A stretch of DNA of 64,000 nucleotides from Kofleriaceae bacterium (lineage in GTDB: Bacteria > Myxococcota_A > Polyangia > Haliangiales > Haliangiaceae), in assembly GCA_965215005.1 (NCBI GenBank), contig CBDCCZ010000044.1:1-64000 (forward strand). The letters are read 5' to 3'. Under the pieces are notes generated by a model. That model did not search any database and was not told the origin of the DNA. It was given only the letters and a program-made list of their open reading frames with translations. The translations under genes were made by a program, and so were the position numbers. This document shows positions 36,650 to 49,006 of the stretch, piece after piece (position 1 is the stretch's first letter; each line of letters begins with the position of its first letter).

Positions 36650-38022
36650 GACTTGTTTCCTTTGCTCGGTACCGTGATGACGTCGACGCGATGCTCGGGC
36701 GAGAGAAACTCTCGGGCGTACTTCTGTATGCCCTCAGGAGTCGCCTGACGGTAGCGGTCGAGGTCTGTCTTGATTTGATCTGGTGAGCCCAAATAGTGGT
36801 TATAGCCCTGCAGAGTTTCAGCGCGTCGGAGCAGGCTCTCCAGACCCCACACGAAAGCAGCTTCTCGCTCGGCCACGGCGCGGGCGAGCTCGCGCTGAGA
36901 AATTGGCTCGCGCCGCAGCTTCTCGAGCTCTTCGGCGATGATGGCTTCTACACGCTCGAGCGACTGCCCCGGCTTCACTTGCACTGACACGTCGAAGATC
37001 GAAGAGAACTGCCGCGAGAGCTGCGCAACGGAAACGTCTTGCGCAAGCTGCTCTTCATGCACCAAGCGCTTGAATAATCGGCCGGTGCCCGAGGCGCCGA
37101 GGACATGGGCGAGAATGTCCATCTCGGCGTCTCCAGGCGCGTAGATGGCGGGTGCGTGCCAGGCGTAGCTAACCATTGGCATCGCCGCCAGCGCATCCTT
37201 TACCTCGCTGCGAACCTTCGCGACCGTGGGCATCGGCACCGGAACAGGCGTTGGCTGAGTGCTCTTCGGAAAACTGCCAAACCACTTCTGTACCAAGGCT
37301 TTGGTGGCGGCGAGCTCGATGTCGCCGCCGATGAAGAGGGTAGCGTTGGCGGGCACGTACCAAGTCTTGTAGAACGCTGTGACGTCCTCAACACTAGCGC
37401 TTTGCAGGTCTTCGTGTTTGCCGATGGTCGTGTAGCGATACGGGTGACCCTCCGGATAGAGCAAGCGGTGCATCTCGAGATAGGAGGAGCCGTAAGGCAC
37501 ATTCTCGATTCTTTGTCGGCGCTCGTTTCGAACCACCTCGATTTGGTTGTCCAGACTCTGGCGGTTGATCATTGGCAGGAGGTACCCCATGCGGTCACTC
37601 TCGAGCCAAAGCGCGGTTTCGAGCTCGTGCGCGGGAACGAGCTCGTAGTAGTTGGTGCGGTCCGAATTCGTCGTTCCGTTCATGCCTGTCGCACCGAGCT
37701 GCTTGAGAATCGCGAAGTGTTGATCTTCGCCGGTATGTTTGCTTCCTTGAAAGAGCATGTGCTCGAACAGGTGGGCAAAGCCGCTCTTGCCGACGCGCTC
37801 GTTGCCAGAGCCGACGTGATACCAGACATCCACGACCGCCACCGGCACCCTGTCATCTCGATGAAGGATGACCTCGAGGCCGTTGTCCAAGCGATAGCGC
37901 TCGAACGCGATCTCTGGATCGCTACTTGTTTCGCCGGCCGCAGCGGCAGGGCCCGGTGCGGCTGCTAAGAGCAAAGCCGCCATGAGCCCGCCTGCGACGG
38001 CAGAGCATCGTTGCGTAGTCAT
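36646..38022 (-). CDS. M16 family zinc peptidase, catalytic subunit
   Basis: LDNGLEVIL, WYHVGS, AHLFEHMLFQGS (HxxEH), NGTT..DRTNYY, VVRNERR. Confidence 0.93.
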   Translation of the reverse strand: MTTQRCSAVAGGLMAALLLAAAPGPAAAAGETSSDPEIAFERYRLDNGLEVILHRDDRVPVAVVDVWYHVGSGNERVGKSGFAHLFEHMLFQGSKHTGEDQHFAILKQLGATGMNGTTNSDRTNYYELVPAHELETALWLESDRMGYLLPMINRQSLDNQIEVVRNERRQRIENVPYGSSYLEMHRLLYPEGHPYRYTTIGKHEDLQSASVEDVTAFYKTWYVPANATLFIGGDIELAATKALVQKWFGSFPKSTQPTPVPVPMPTVAKVRSEVKDALAAMPMVSYAWHAPAIYAPGDAEMDILAHVLGASGTGRLFKRLVHEEQLAQDVSVAQLSRQFSSIFDVSVQVKPGQSLERVEAIIAEELEKLRREPISQRELARAVAEREAAFVWGLESLLRRAETLQGYNHYLGSPDQIKTDLDRYRQATPEGIQKYAREFLSPEHRVDVITVPSKGNKS

Positions 38023-38090
38023 GCGGCGAAACGTAAGCTGCGCGGCCGCCCGGAGCAAGCAGCGGCGCGTTAGTGCCGGTCATCGCTGGC

Positions 38091-40127
38091 TCAGGCATCC
38101 AGCGGGTGGACACCGAACAGCGCTTGATCGGCGGTTGCGCCGGGATCGAGCCAGAGAAGCAGCCTGCGAGTTTCTTGCGGCGCGACGTCGACGTGGAGCA
38201 TGCGGCGCACGTTGTAGCCCGCGCAGGCGCGGCCGAGATCGTTCTCGAAGGTAGGCCAGACCGTCGCCAAAGGCGTTGCCTGGACCATGAGTCCCTCGAC
38301 GTCGATGGTGACGCCCATGACGAACTTGGCGAATGCGGCGTTCGCCGCGATGATTAACCCGCCTCCGCTCAGCAGCGCCTGCGGGATGCGGCTGGCATCG
38401 AACACCGAACGCACCAGCTCGTCGCGCTTGCGCTGGGGACGGTCGAGCACGACCTTGCGGCCACTTCCGCGTTTGCCGCGGCGGCCAAATCCGAGCATGT
38501 CCATGACGGTGCGCAGCTCGTAGATGAACGCCGTCATGTCTTTGTGACGATGCCGCGGGTCCTTCTCGAGAGCGCGCAAGATGAGCTTTTCGAGGGCAGG
38601 GTCGAGTCCGCCCTCAATCAGCTGCGATGGCGGCGTTGGCGTCAACTCGAGGTGCCCGCAGAGAATCTGCGCAACGTTGCCGTCCCACGGCACCATGCCG
38701 GTGACCATCTCGAAAAACAGGATTCCAAGGCCGTAAATGTCGGCCGAGGGCGCGGGCTGCTCCCCGCGAATTCGTTCGGGTGCTACATAGTGGGGAGTTC
38801 CCGACAACGATGACGTGTTGCGGGCCGCAGCGGTGGAACGCGCTAGGCCAAAGTCGAGCAGCTTGACTTGTAGCTTGCGTCGTTTGGTTCCCGGCAACTC
38901 GCACAAGAGGATGTTGTCGGTCTTGATGTCGCAGTGGACGATTTTATTGGTGTGGATGTAGTGCAGCGCTTCGGCCACCTGCAACACGATGTCGCAGGCG
39001 ATCTTGATGCCCAGGCGCTTCTCGCGGCGCAGCATGCGGTGCAGCGACTCGCCGGTGAGGAGCTCCATCACCATGAACGCGCCTACTTGCTGATCTTCAC
39101 CAAAGTCGACCACTGACGCGATATTGGGATGCGATAGCGAGCTGGCGAGCCGCGCCTCCCGATAGAAGAGCTCGCGCGCCTTGCCATCGCCGGCGAGGCT
39201 ATCGCTGATGACTTTGAGCGCGAACGTCTTGCCGAGCTGGGCGTGGGTCACTTTGAACACCTTGCCCATGCCGCCCTGGCCGATGCGTTCGACGATGCGG
39301 TAGCGGTTGCCGACCAGCGGCGCCTTCAGCGGCGCGAGCGGATCCTTGACCACCGCCGTGTTCCCTCCACCGCTCGGAAACTGCTGCGCAGCGCGGCCGT
39401 TCTTCGAGCCGCGCGTGGTAATGCGATTGGACCGGGCGAGATCGCTTGGCCGCTGCTGGTCGTCGAGGGTTTGGTCGACTACTTCTTCCGATGGTGGTGG
39501 CAACGGCAGGAGATGGCTGCGCGATAGGTCGCCGACGCTGGTTTGCGCCTCGTCCTCATCGCTGCCGTCATCCATGTCGAGCTCATCGACGCTGAGATCT
39601 TCGGCGTCGAGTGAGTCGAGCATCGAATCTTCGCCCCACTCCTGCGCTGCGCCCACCGCGCCGACCGCGCCACCGGCATCGGTGCGTTCATCGTCTTCGG
39701 GGACATGCGGATCGAAGCGAGCATCGAGCTCCATCGAGCTCAGCGGCGGCGTATTAGTGGTCGGTTGCGGATCTACGAAGGTGCGCTCGCCGCCATCATC
39801 GCCCGCTTCGTCATCGGCCTCTCTGCCGCTAGCCGCGACCCGGCGGCGTCGATGATCGAAGTCGGCGAGAGCCTCGAGATCGGCCTCCGAGTCGTGAACT
39901 CCGAGACCGGGAACCGCCGGGATGGGTGGCGTCCCCTCGTCGAAATCATCTTCCAGGCGCTCGAAACGGGTGGTCTTTGCGCTGCCCTTGCCGAGCACTG
40001 GCAACTCTGGATTGGAAGAGCTGGTCGGCGGCGTGCTCATGCGGATGCGCGTGACGCCATCGTCTTCGGGCGGTGGCAGCGGCAAGTGCCCCCACTTGCG
40101 CCCACCCCTGTTGCGTTGGTCCGCCAC
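38091..40127 (-). CDS. Ser/Thr protein kinase with long acidic N-terminal region and C-terminal PAS-like domain
   Basis: [37 protein letters not shown]-terminus [26 protein letters not shown]. Confidence 0.9.
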   Translation of the reverse strand: MADQRNRGGRKWGHLPLPPPEDDGVTRIRMSTPPTSSSNPELPVLGKGSAKTTRFERLEDDFDEGTPPIPAVPGLGVHDSEADLEALADFDHRRRRVAASGREADDEAGDDGGERTFVDPQPTTNTPPLSSMELDARFDPHVPEDDERTDAGGAVGAVGAAQEWGEDSMLDSLDAEDLSVDELDMDDGSDEDEAQTSVGDLSRSHLLPLPPPSEEVVDQTLDDQQRPSDLARSNRITTRGSKNGRAAQQFPSGGGNTAVVKDPLAPLKAPLVGNRYRIVERIGQGGMGKVFKVTHAQLGKTFALKVISDSLAGDGKARELFYREARLASSLSHPNIASVVDFGEDQQVGAFMVMELLTGESLHRMLRREKRLGIKIACDIVLQVAEALHYIHTNKIVHCDIKTDNILLCELPGTKRRKLQVKLLDFGLARSTAAARNTSSLSGTPHYVAPERIRGEQPAPSADIYGLGILFFEMVTGMVPWDGNVAQILCGHLELTPTPPSQLIEGGLDPALEKLILRALEKDPRHRHKDMTAFIYELRTVMDMLGFGRRGKRGSGRKVVLDRPQRKRDELVRSVFDASRIPQALLSGGGLIIAANAAFAKFVMGVTIDVEGLMVQATPLATVWPTFENDLGRACAGYNVRRMLHVDVAPQETRRLLLWLDPGATADQALFGVHPLDA

Positions 40128-40403
40128 CGGTGAGCTATTCTATCGGCCAGGTTCCTGCTCCTGCAATCACGTTACGGCTCTCGCGTCATGCAAGTGCTCC
40201 ACGCTTCCGTCTCAACCCGGCAATCGACTGGATATTAGGATGAAATCGGTGGAGACATCGCAGTGGAGGGGGCAGGGGAGCTGCGCATACGCCACCTACG
40301 CGCTGCTCTGGGGCCATACATGTCGGCTGGGAAGAACACGGTGCAGCGATGCAGTGTTTCTCACCTGTTCTCAGCGGCCGCGCCGGCTTTTGGCTACGGC
40401 TCC

Positions 40404-42572
40404 ATGAGCATGGACGACATCTTCGATCTCGCCAATTATCAACTGCATTGGGTAAGTGTGCCCTTTGCGATTGCCGCGGCGATCTTCTTGCTTGCGTGTC
40501 TGCACGTCTTGGTGATGCGAGGCGCGGCAGTGCTGCGCGCCGCTTGGCTGCTCGTCGCCATCGGCTTCTTGCCGTATCTGCTCGGCGGTGCAGCGGTCGC
40601 CTCGGCAGAGAACGCAACCGTTGCTCTGCAGCTGTTGCGCTTCGCCGTCGCTGGTGTACCGATCGCAAGTGCCGGCGTGCTGATTTTCTTTCTCGCCCTC
40701 GCCGAGCGACTCGAGCAGCAGTGGCTCCTCATTGCCGTCGCCCTGGCAACTTCGTTGGTCATCGCCGTGCTCACTGTTGCCACGCCGTTGATCGTGCCCG
40801 CGATTCGCGAGCTGCCCTCCGGAATTCCGTGGATTCGCGCCCAAGCCTCCTCATTCCTCCACTCGCTGGTGATGGTCACGTGGTTGTGCTGGGGATTGTG
40901 GATTGGATGGCGCCAGCTTCACAGGGAACGCTCCGCCTTGCGACGAAGGCAAGTGCGCGGCGGGCTGGTGGCATTCGGCATCATCGCGCTAGGTGGAGTC
41001 GATATCCCGCTCGGCTTCGGAGTCGGCTACTTCCCGGTCTCGGGTCTCTTGACCACCGCAGGCCTGCTGCTAGCGTTGCGCGCACTGTTCGTCGAAGACC
41101 TGATGCGTGCCAGCGCCGTCGATCGACGGGTTCCGCTGGCTGGCAGCTATCTGGTGATCGCGGGGCTTACGCTGCACGCCATCGCTAGCGTCGTCGGCGT
41201 CGGTCCGAGCGAGTTGTTGCTGGCTGCTGCAATGCTCGGAGCGTTCGTGATCTTGCGCGTACTGAGTCTTGCCTTCGCGGCGATCAGCGGGCGCCGACGC
41301 GACGGCGCGCAAACCGCCCTCGAGCGGGTTGCGGAGCAGTATGGCGCGCGGGTGCAAGAGCTTACGAAGGTGGAGGAGATCGCTAGCGCTACGGAAGAGG
41401 CAGTGAGAGTTGGAATCGGTGCCGAGGTCGTGGAGCTGGTCGTCCCACGCGTGAGCGACTACGCATGGACCCGCAGCAGCGGCGAGCTGCTTTCCGAAGA
41501 GCAGACGCCGGATCCGCTGCTGCTCGGATGGTTTCTCGAGCACCGCCGACCGATGCGACGCGATGACCTCACGGGGGCGCGTTTGGCCGACCTGCGCGAG
41601 CCACTCGAGCGGTTGTTCGAGGTGCACGCGGCCGAGGTGCTCACGCCGCTGATCAGTCGCGACGAGCTCGTCGGGTTGATCGTCGTGGGAGCTGCGCGTG
41701 ATGGGCGCGCGTACCCGGGCGGCGCGCTCGAGTTTCTCAGCCGACTCCACGAGGCGGCGACGGCGGCGTTGGTTTACGCGCGCATGCTGGACGAGGCGCT
41801 GCGGCGCGTTGAGGTCGACAAAGAGGTCGAGCTTGCGGCAGCCGTACAGGCGGCGTTCATTCCTGCTGGCGATGATCTCAGCGTCGGGCCATTGCACGTG
41901 AGCGGGCTGTACGCTCCGGCTACCCAGTGCGGTGGCGATTGGTGGTCGGTGCACCACGTGCCCGATGGACGCGTGTTGGTGCTGGTGGGCGACGTCACCG
42001 GGCATGGCGTCGCAGCGGCGATGATCACTGCTGCTGCCAAGGGCTGCTACGACGTCGCGGAGCGGCTCATGGGTTGCGACATCGATGTGGTTGAGCTGCT
42101 CATGTTGCTCGACGCGGCGGTGCGTCGGGTCGGCGCCAATCACTTCAACATGACCTGCTTTGCAACCCTCATCGACGCGGCGCAGGGGCAAGTCACCTAC
42201 GCCAACGCGGGTCACGTCGTGCCCTACGTGTGCCGCACCAGCGCCAGCGGCCGCACCCGGCTTGAGGTGCTGCAAGCGCGCGGCAATCCTCTAGGCGCCG
42301 CCGCTAGCGCCAGCAGCTACCGTGCCGAAAGCCGCGCCATTCGCCCAGGAGACATCATCATTTGGTACACCGATGGGATCGTGGAGTGCTCGAATGGCCA
42401 GCGCGAGCAGTTCGGCGACCGGCGCATGCAGCGTCTCTTGCGCGAGATGGATCTGCGCAGCGCGCGGCCGCGGCAGGTGCGCGATCATCTGCTGCGCTCG
42501 GTGTTGGCGTTTCAAGACGGCGTTCCGGTCGATGATGACATCACACTGGTCGTTGGCCGTCTTGCCCAATGA
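40404..42572 (+). CDS. Membrane-bound SpoIIE/RsbU-type PP2C phosphatase with N-terminal multi-TM sensor and GAF-like domain
   Basis: About 8-9 TM helices; GAF-like EVLTPLISRDELVGLIVVG; PP2C motifs CGGDWW, VGDVTGHGVAAA, NAGH, YTDGIVE, DDITLV. Confidence 0.9.
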   Translation: MSMDDIFDLANYQLHWVSVPFAIAAAIFLLACLHVLVMRGAAVLRAAWLLVAIGFLPYLLGGAAVASAENATVALQLLRFAVAGVPIASAGVLIFFLALAERLEQQWLLIAVALATSLVIAVLTVATPLIVPAIRELPSGIPWIRAQASSFLHSLVMVTWLCWGLWIGWRQLHRERSALRRRQVRGGLVAFGIIALGGVDIPLGFGVGYFPVSGLLTTAGLLLALRALFVEDLMRASAVDRRVPLAGSYLVIAGLTLHAIASVVGVGPSELLLAAAMLGAFVILRVLSLAFAAISGRRRDGAQTALERVAEQYGARVQELTKVEEIASATEEAVRVGIGAEVVELVVPRVSDYAWTRSSGELLSEEQTPDPLLLGWFLEHRRPMRRDDLTGARLADLREPLERLFEVHAAEVLTPLISRDELVGLIVVGAARDGRAYPGGALEFLSRLHEAATAALVYARMLDEALRRVEVDKEVELAAAVQAAFIPAGDDLSVGPLHVSGLYAPATQCGGDWWSVHHVPDGRVLVLVGDVTGHGVAAAMITAAAKGCYDVAERLMGCDIDVVELLMLLDAAVRRVGANHFNMTCFATLIDAAQGQVTYANAGHVVPYVCRTSASGRTRLEVLQARGNPLGAAASASSYRAESRAIRPGDIIIWYTDGIVECSNGQREQFGDRRMQRLLREMDLRSARPRQVRDHLLRSVLAFQDGVPVDDDITLVVGRLAQ

Positions 42573-42599
42573 GTCGCCGTCCCTAACAATGAGAAGCCG

Positions 42600-43340
42600 G
42601 TGAATCTCCGAGTCCTGACCTACAACATCCACAAGTGCATTGGCGGCGTCGACCGCCGCTATATCCCCGAGCGTGTGCGGGACACCATCGCCCACTACGA
42701 GCCCGACGTCGTGCTGCTGCAAGAAGTTGACGCGCACGTGTCGCGCTCCAATCACGATCGCCAGGTCGATGTGCTCGGCGACATGCTCGGGTTTCGTCAC
42801 CGCACCTGGTTTCCCAACGTCAAAGTGCGAGGAGGCGGCGAGTACGGCAACGCCATCCTCAGCAGGTTTCCGCTCACGCACACCCACAACATCGATCTGA
42901 CCATCCCGCCCAAGAAGCGCCGCAGCGTGCTCCACGCTCGATATCGGGTGCGGTTGCCGAGCGACAACGGGCGACGAACCCGCACCGTGCACGTCTACAA
43001 CATGCACCTGGGGCTGGCTGGCTTTGAGCGCAAGATTCAGCTGCGCAAATTCCTCGAGAGCTCGCCGTTCATCGGTCTCGATCGCCGGACTCCAATCATT
43101 GTCGCTGGCGATCTCAACGATGTTTGGGGAACGCTGGGGCCCAAGCTGCTGCGGCCTGCAGGCTTTCGGGGCGTGTCGCGGCCGCTGCGAACCTTCCCCG
43201 CGTATGCGCCCGTGCGAGCCCTAGACGGCATTTACGTCAAGGGCGAGGTGGTGCTGCGCCACGTGCAGCGTGCGCGGGTGGCCGTGGCCAAGCAGGCCTC
43301 CGACCACCTTCCACTCATCGCCGACCTCGAGCTGACCTAG
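42600..43340 (+). CDS. Endonuclease/exonuclease/phosphatase family protein (YbhP-like)
   Basis: LTYNIHK, LLQEVD, GNAILSR, AGDLND, LDGIY, SDHLPL. Confidence 0.9.
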   Translation: MNLRVLTYNIHKCIGGVDRRYIPERVRDTIAHYEPDVVLLQEVDAHVSRSNHDRQVDVLGDMLGFRHRTWFPNVKVRGGGEYGNAILSRFPLTHTHNIDLTIPPKKRRSVLHARYRVRLPSDNGRRTRTVHVYNMHLGLAGFERKIQLRKFLESSPFIGLDRRTPIIVAGDLNDVWGTLGPKLLRPAGFRGVSRPLRTFPAYAPVRALDGIYVKGEVVLRHVQRARVAVAKQASDHLPLIADLELT

Positions 43341-43353
43341 CTCCTAGCGGCTC

Positions 43354-45033
43354 CTAGCGAGTGAGCGGCTTGTACTTGATGCGGTGCGGCTGGTCGGCGT
43401 CGGCGCCCAAACGCCGCTTGCGGTCCTTCATGTAGTCCTGATAGTTGCCCTCGAACCACTCGACGTGGCTGTCGCCTTCGAAGGCCAGGATATGCGTGGC
43501 GATGCGATCGAGAAACCAGCGATCATGGCTGATGACTACCGCGCAGCCGGGAAAGCGAATCAAGCCGTCTTCGAGTGCCCGCAGGGTAGCGACGTCGAGG
43601 TCGTTGGTTGGCTCGTCGAGTAGCAGCAGGTTGCCGGCCGACTTGATCATCTTGGCCAAATGCACCCGATTGCGCTCGCCGCCCGAGAGGGTGCCGACGC
43701 GTTTCTGCTGATCGGAGCCGCGAAAGTTGAAGCTCGATACATAGGCTCGCGAGTTGAGTTGCCGCTCGCCTAGCGAAATAACTTCGGCGCCCTCCGAAAT
43801 CTCCTCCCAAACCGACTTTTCAGAATCGAGAACGTCACGGCTTTGATCGACGTACGCGACTTGCACGGTATCGCCGACGATGAGCTTGCCGCTATCCGGG
43901 GATTCTTGGCCAACGATCATCCGAAATAGCGTGGTCTTGCCAGCGCCATTGGGACCGATGACACCGACGATGCCCCCGCGCGGCAGCTTGAAGCTCAGGT
44001 TGTCGATCAGCAGGTGGTCGCCAAACCCTTTCGACAAGTTCTCGGCGATGACCACGTCGTTGCCCAGCCGCGGTCCCGGCGGCACCACAATCTCGAGCGA
44101 CGGATCGCGCTTGTCGTCTTGCGCTTCGTTGACCAGCTCTTCGTAACGCGTTAGGCGCGCTTTGCTCTTGGCTTGCCGCGCTTTGGGCGAAGCCCGCACC
44201 CAATCGAGCTCGCGTGATAGCAGCCGCTGTCGCGCCGATTCCTGCTTCTCTTCCTGTTGCAGGCGCTTTTGCTTGGCCTCCAGCCAGGTGCTGTAGTTGC
44301 CTTCGAACGGGTGGCCTTCGCCGCGGTCGAGCTCGAGGATCCACTGCGCGACATTGTCGAGGAAGTAGCGGTCGTGGGTGATTGCCACCACGGTGCCGGG
44401 AAACTCTTCTAGGTGCTTTTCCAGCCACTGCACCGACTCCGCATCGAGGTGGTTGGTCGGCTCATCGAGGAGCAACATATCTGGCTTGTCGAGCAACACC
44501 CGGCACAGCGCGACCCGCCGGCGCTCACCGCCGGAAAGCGTCGTGACATCGGCATCCGGTGGTGGCAAGCGCAGCGCGTCCATTGCGATCTCGAGCGTGC
44601 GATCGAGCTCCCAGGCATTGCTGGCCTCAATTGCATCCTGGACCTTGGCGTGCTCCTCCATCACCTTGTCCATCTCCTCGGCGGATAGATCCTCGCCGAG
44701 CTTGTTGTTCAGCTCGTCGAAGCGAGTGAGCAGGCCGCGCTCTTTGGCCACCGCTTCTTCGACATTGCCGAGTACCGACTTGGATGGATCGAGCGCTGGC
44801 TCTTGCGGCAGATACCCGACGCGAACCCCATCGGCTGCCCATGCTTCGCCGACGAACTCCTGATCGACTCCGGCCATGATGCGTAGCAGCGAGCTCTTGC
44901 CGGCGCCGTTTGAGCCAAGGACGCCGATTTTCGCGCCCGGAAAAAAGGATAGCCAGATTCCCTTGAGGATCTCGCGCTTGGGCGGCACCACTTTGCGCAG
45001 ATCCTTCATGACGTAGACGTATTGATGGGCCAT
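43354..45033 (-). CDS. ettA: Energy-dependent translational throttle protein EttA (ABC-F)
   Basis: [23 protein letters not shown]; two ABC domains; [13 protein letters not shown] linker; C-terminus PHRIKYKPL. Confidence 0.96.
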   Translation of the reverse strand: MAHQYVYVMKDLRKVVPPKREILKGIWLSFFPGAKIGVLGSNGAGKSSLLRIMAGVDQEFVGEAWAADGVRVGYLPQEPALDPSKSVLGNVEEAVAKERGLLTRFDELNNKLGEDLSAEEMDKVMEEHAKVQDAIEASNAWELDRTLEIAMDALRLPPPDADVTTLSGGERRRVALCRVLLDKPDMLLLDEPTNHLDAESVQWLEKHLEEFPGTVVAITHDRYFLDNVAQWILELDRGEGHPFEGNYSTWLEAKQKRLQQEEKQESARQRLLSRELDWVRASPKARQAKSKARLTRYEELVNEAQDDKRDPSLEIVVPPGPRLGNDVVIAENLSKGFGDHLLIDNLSFKLPRGGIVGVIGPNGAGKTTLFRMIVGQESPDSGKLIVGDTVQVAYVDQSRDVLDSEKSVWEEISEGAEVISLGERQLNSRAYVSSFNFRGSDQQKRVGTLSGGERNRVHLAKMIKSAGNLLLLDEPTNDLDVATLRALEDGLIRFPGCAVVISHDRWFLDRIATHILAFEGDSHVEWFEGNYQDYMKDRKRRLGADADQPHRIKYKPLTR

Positions 45034-45139
45034 CGAGCGCAGTGTACTCGTCGGCGCGCGCCGCCCAAGCGGATCAGCGGTAAATCGCTGCTGGCGCGCG
45101 CTGCCTCGCTCGCCCAGCAGATTCGAGTACCTTAAGAGG

Positions 45140-45880
45140 ATGGGGCCCTACCGGGCGATAGCTGGCGTAGAGACGCTTCTGGCGCCTACGCGGCAGGGCC
45201 AGCTCAGGCTCGAGGTGGCGCCGCGGCATACGCTCGTGGCGATTGAAGGGGTCGCCAGTGTTGCGTTCACCGACGAGTTCTTCACGCTCACCACCCATGA
45301 GCGGCGTCGGGCTAAGCGGGTGTCGATGCGGCTTGGCGAGGCGCGGGTGGCGATCGCGCGGGGCGTTCCCAGCGGCGAGATTGCGCTGTGGTACGAGGAC
45401 AAGCCGCATTCGTTTCAGCGCGTGATTGGCTTCGACCCGGTCGAGCTGCTGACCACCGATGCATTGCGGGCATGGCACGCTCTGGATGCGGTCGCCAAGC
45501 GTCTGCAGGAGGTGATCTCGCCGCACGCGCGCGGGGTGAAGCAGGCCCTGGAGCTCGGACCGGGGCACGATCGCGTGCTCGTCGCCGACTTTGGCGATCA
45601 CTTCACCGTTTACGTGCGCAAGCTGTTTCGCGGGCGCCAGCGCCGGGTGCTGGAGGTTTACGACGACGGCACGGTGGTGGTCGTGAGCAAAGGGAAGGAG
45701 CGGCGCGTGAGATGCTCGTCGCGGTTCGGCGTCACCGTTAGCGGCGATCACATTCGCTTTTCTGACGCCACCGGGTTCGACCTCGCGAGTCTTTCGTTGC
45801 CTTGGATAGGCGCTGAGGACCGCGTGGAGCTGGCGCGCCGCCTCGGCGACATGTTGACGCAGAGCTCTGCTGCGCGTTGA
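45140..45880 (+). CDS. Hypothetical cytoplasmic protein
   Basis: 246-aa ORF with normal codon bias filling the gap between ettA and the protease gene; no motif recognised. Confidence 0.6.
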   Translation: MGPYRAIAGVETLLAPTRQGQLRLEVAPRHTLVAIEGVASVAFTDEFFTLTTHERRRAKRVSMRLGEARVAIARGVPSGEIALWYEDKPHSFQRVIGFDPVELLTTDALRAWHALDAVAKRLQEVISPHARGVKQALELGPGHDRVLVADFGDHFTVYVRKLFRGRQRRVLEVYDDGTVVVVSKGKERRVRCSSRFGVTVSGDHIRFSDATGFDLASLSLPWIGAEDRVELARRLGDMLTQSSAAR

Positions 45881-45911
45881 CGCCTCCGCGACCAGCCTTA
45901 GGTTGTTGGCT

Positions 45912-46712
45912 ATGTTTCGCAAGTTTCGCATCGGCACGCTACTCGGCTTCCCAGTCGACGTGAATCTGTCGTTCTTGCTGCTCTTAGGGGTAGCGCTGCT
46001 GTTTTGGGGTGGACTCGCGGGCGTGGGATTCGTGCTGATGGCGTTTGCGTCGGTGCTGGTTCACGAGCTTGGACACGCGCTGGTGGCGCGCCATTTGGGC
46101 GTAGCGATCGCCGGTATCGAGCTGCACTTCTTCGGCGGTGCAGCGAAGATGACTGGACAACCAAAGAATGCCGGTGATGAGATCACGATCGCCGCTGCTG
46201 GTCCCGCGGTGTCGTTCTTGGTCGGTGGCATGAGCGTCTTGCTCGCCCTCGTCAGCGGCGTTGGCGTGTTCGAGAAGCTCGGCTGGATCAACTTCCTGAT
46301 CGGCGGCTTCAATCTGCTCCCCGCGCTGCCGCTCGATGGTGGCCGGATCTTCCGCGCGCTGCTCGCGAGGAAGCGCGGCTTTGTCCCTGCCACCGAGCTC
46401 GCCATCAAGGTTGCGCGCGTGATTGCGGTGGGGCTAGGCGCGCTCGCTCTTGCGAGCGGGTCGTTTTATCTAGTGCTGCTCGCGGTGCTGATTTGGTCGA
46501 TGGGCAGTCAAGAGCTGCGGGCAGCGCGGCTTGGCTATCACGGCGGCTATCGCGTGGATGTGCCGCCGTTTACGCGCAGCGGCTATCGGATGCCCACCGC
46601 TGAGGTCATACCTGCCAGCTTCGAGGTGCGACGCGTGTACACCGGCTCGCCGCGACGAGGGGGGCACTGGGTGCGTCAGAGCGGCCGCCAGATCATCGAC
46701 ATCGAAGACTAG
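45912..46712 (+). CDS. Site-2 protease (M50 family)
   Basis: VHELGH, AAAGP, FNLLPALPLDGGR. Confidence 0.92.
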   Translation: MFRKFRIGTLLGFPVDVNLSFLLLLGVALLFWGGLAGVGFVLMAFASVLVHELGHALVARHLGVAIAGIELHFFGGAAKMTGQPKNAGDEITIAAAGPAVSFLVGGMSVLLALVSGVGVFEKLGWINFLIGGFNLLPALPLDGGRIFRALLARKRGFVPATELAIKVARVIAVGLGALALASGSFYLVLLAVLIWSMGSQELRAARLGYHGGYRVDVPPFTRSGYRMPTAEVIPASFEVRRVYTGSPRRGGHWVRQSGRQIIDIED

Positions 46713-46725
46713 GCTGTGCAGCGCG

Positions 46726-47883
<1,158 letters not shown>

Positions 47884-47892
47884 GGTTCTCGC

Positions 47893-48963
47893 TTAGGATT
47901 GGGGAGTGCGCGGGGCGCGCGTTGCTTGGTAGATGCGTTCGAGGAGGGCGCGGCTGCTTTGCTCTTGGCCGCGCGCGATGGCGTGAATGGTGTCGACGAC
48001 GCGCTTGTTGACCGGCACGTCGATGCCGTGGAGGCGCGCGCGCTCGACCACCTCACCGTTCAAGAAGTCGACGGCGGGCGGGCGGCCGCGCTCGATGGCG
48101 CTGAGCATCGAGCTGCGCATGCGCCGATAGCGCAGGCCGACCGCGAGTAGGAGCGCATGTTTGGCGGTGAGACCCGCGGAGCCGCGTTTGCGTTTCTCGG
48201 CCGGCGTGAGCGCGACCCAGTCGAGGTCGAGAGTGCCGGCAACCTTCTCGAGCCGAACGTGCTCTGCCCGCGCCACCTCAACCGCTTCGGTCATGATGTC
48301 GAGGCCGAGGCGACGCACGTGGCGGATGCGCACCAGCGGCCCCAGCTGCTCGCCGCCAATGGTCCCGAGGGACGAAATCGCGGCATTGAGCGCCAGCTTG
48401 CTCCACCGCGCGCCCAACAAATTGTTGGTGAACGTGACTGGGCCGATGGCCTCGAGCAGGCTGCCGGCGAGGCGCACCGCTTCATCGATATCGCCGCTGG
48501 GACGGCCGATGGTGAAGCCGCCGGCGGCAGTCATGTCATAGACGCCAGGCTCCGGCATGGACGCCCCCCACGCGACGACCGCACCAATGACGCGCTCAGG
48601 ACCGACGATTTTGCCGATGCGGGCCTCGCAGAGGCCGTTTTGGAACACGACCATGGCGCCATCGTCGGCGAGCGCCGTCTGCGCCATCTCCGCCGCTTCT
48701 TCGACTTGCGGCGGTTGCGTGGCCAAAAAAATCAGGTCGAAGGTTTCGCCGGGGGGAACGCCGAGCTCGATGCGTCCAGGTGCCGCGCGTTCGCCGGAGT
48801 CGCCGCGGAGGCGATAGCCGCGCTCGCGGACGGCGCGGAAGATCGCCTCGTTGGTGGTGACGCCGGTGACCGCGGTGCCGAGCTCGGCGAGATGGCCGGC
48901 GACATTGCCGCCAATGCCGCCACAGCCCATGACCAACACGCGGGGGCCGCTCGTCTCGCTCAT
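47893..48963 (-). CDS. Ketopantoate reductase (PanE/ApbA) family protein
   Basis: MGCGGIGG, FQNGL, RWSKLALNAA, RSSML, DFLNGEVV. Confidence 0.85.
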   Translation of the reverse strand: MSETSGPRVLVMGCGGIGGNVAGHLAELGTAVTGVTTNEAIFRAVRERGYRLRGDSGERAAPGRIELGVPPGETFDLIFLATQPPQVEEAAEMAQTALADDGAMVVFQNGLCEARIGKIVGPERVIGAVVAWGASMPEPGVYDMTAAGGFTIGRPSGDIDEAVRLAGSLLEAIGPVTFTNNLLGARWSKLALNAAISSLGTIGGEQLGPLVRIRHVRRLGLDIMTEAVEVARAEHVRLEKVAGTLDLDWVALTPAEKRKRGSAGLTAKHALLLAVGLRYRRMRSSMLSAIERGRPPAVDFLNGEVVERARLHGIDVPVNKRVVDTIHAIARGQEQSSRALLERIYQATRAPRTPQS

Positions 48964-49006
48964 GGGCGTCTCTATACCATGCCCCTCGAGGTGGGCCGGG
49001 CGCGGC

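Noticed and set aside
40128..40403. ncRNA in the kinase/phosphatase divergent gap
   Set aside because: Only one modest hairpin (AGAACACGGTG/CACCTGTTCT) and no family motif.
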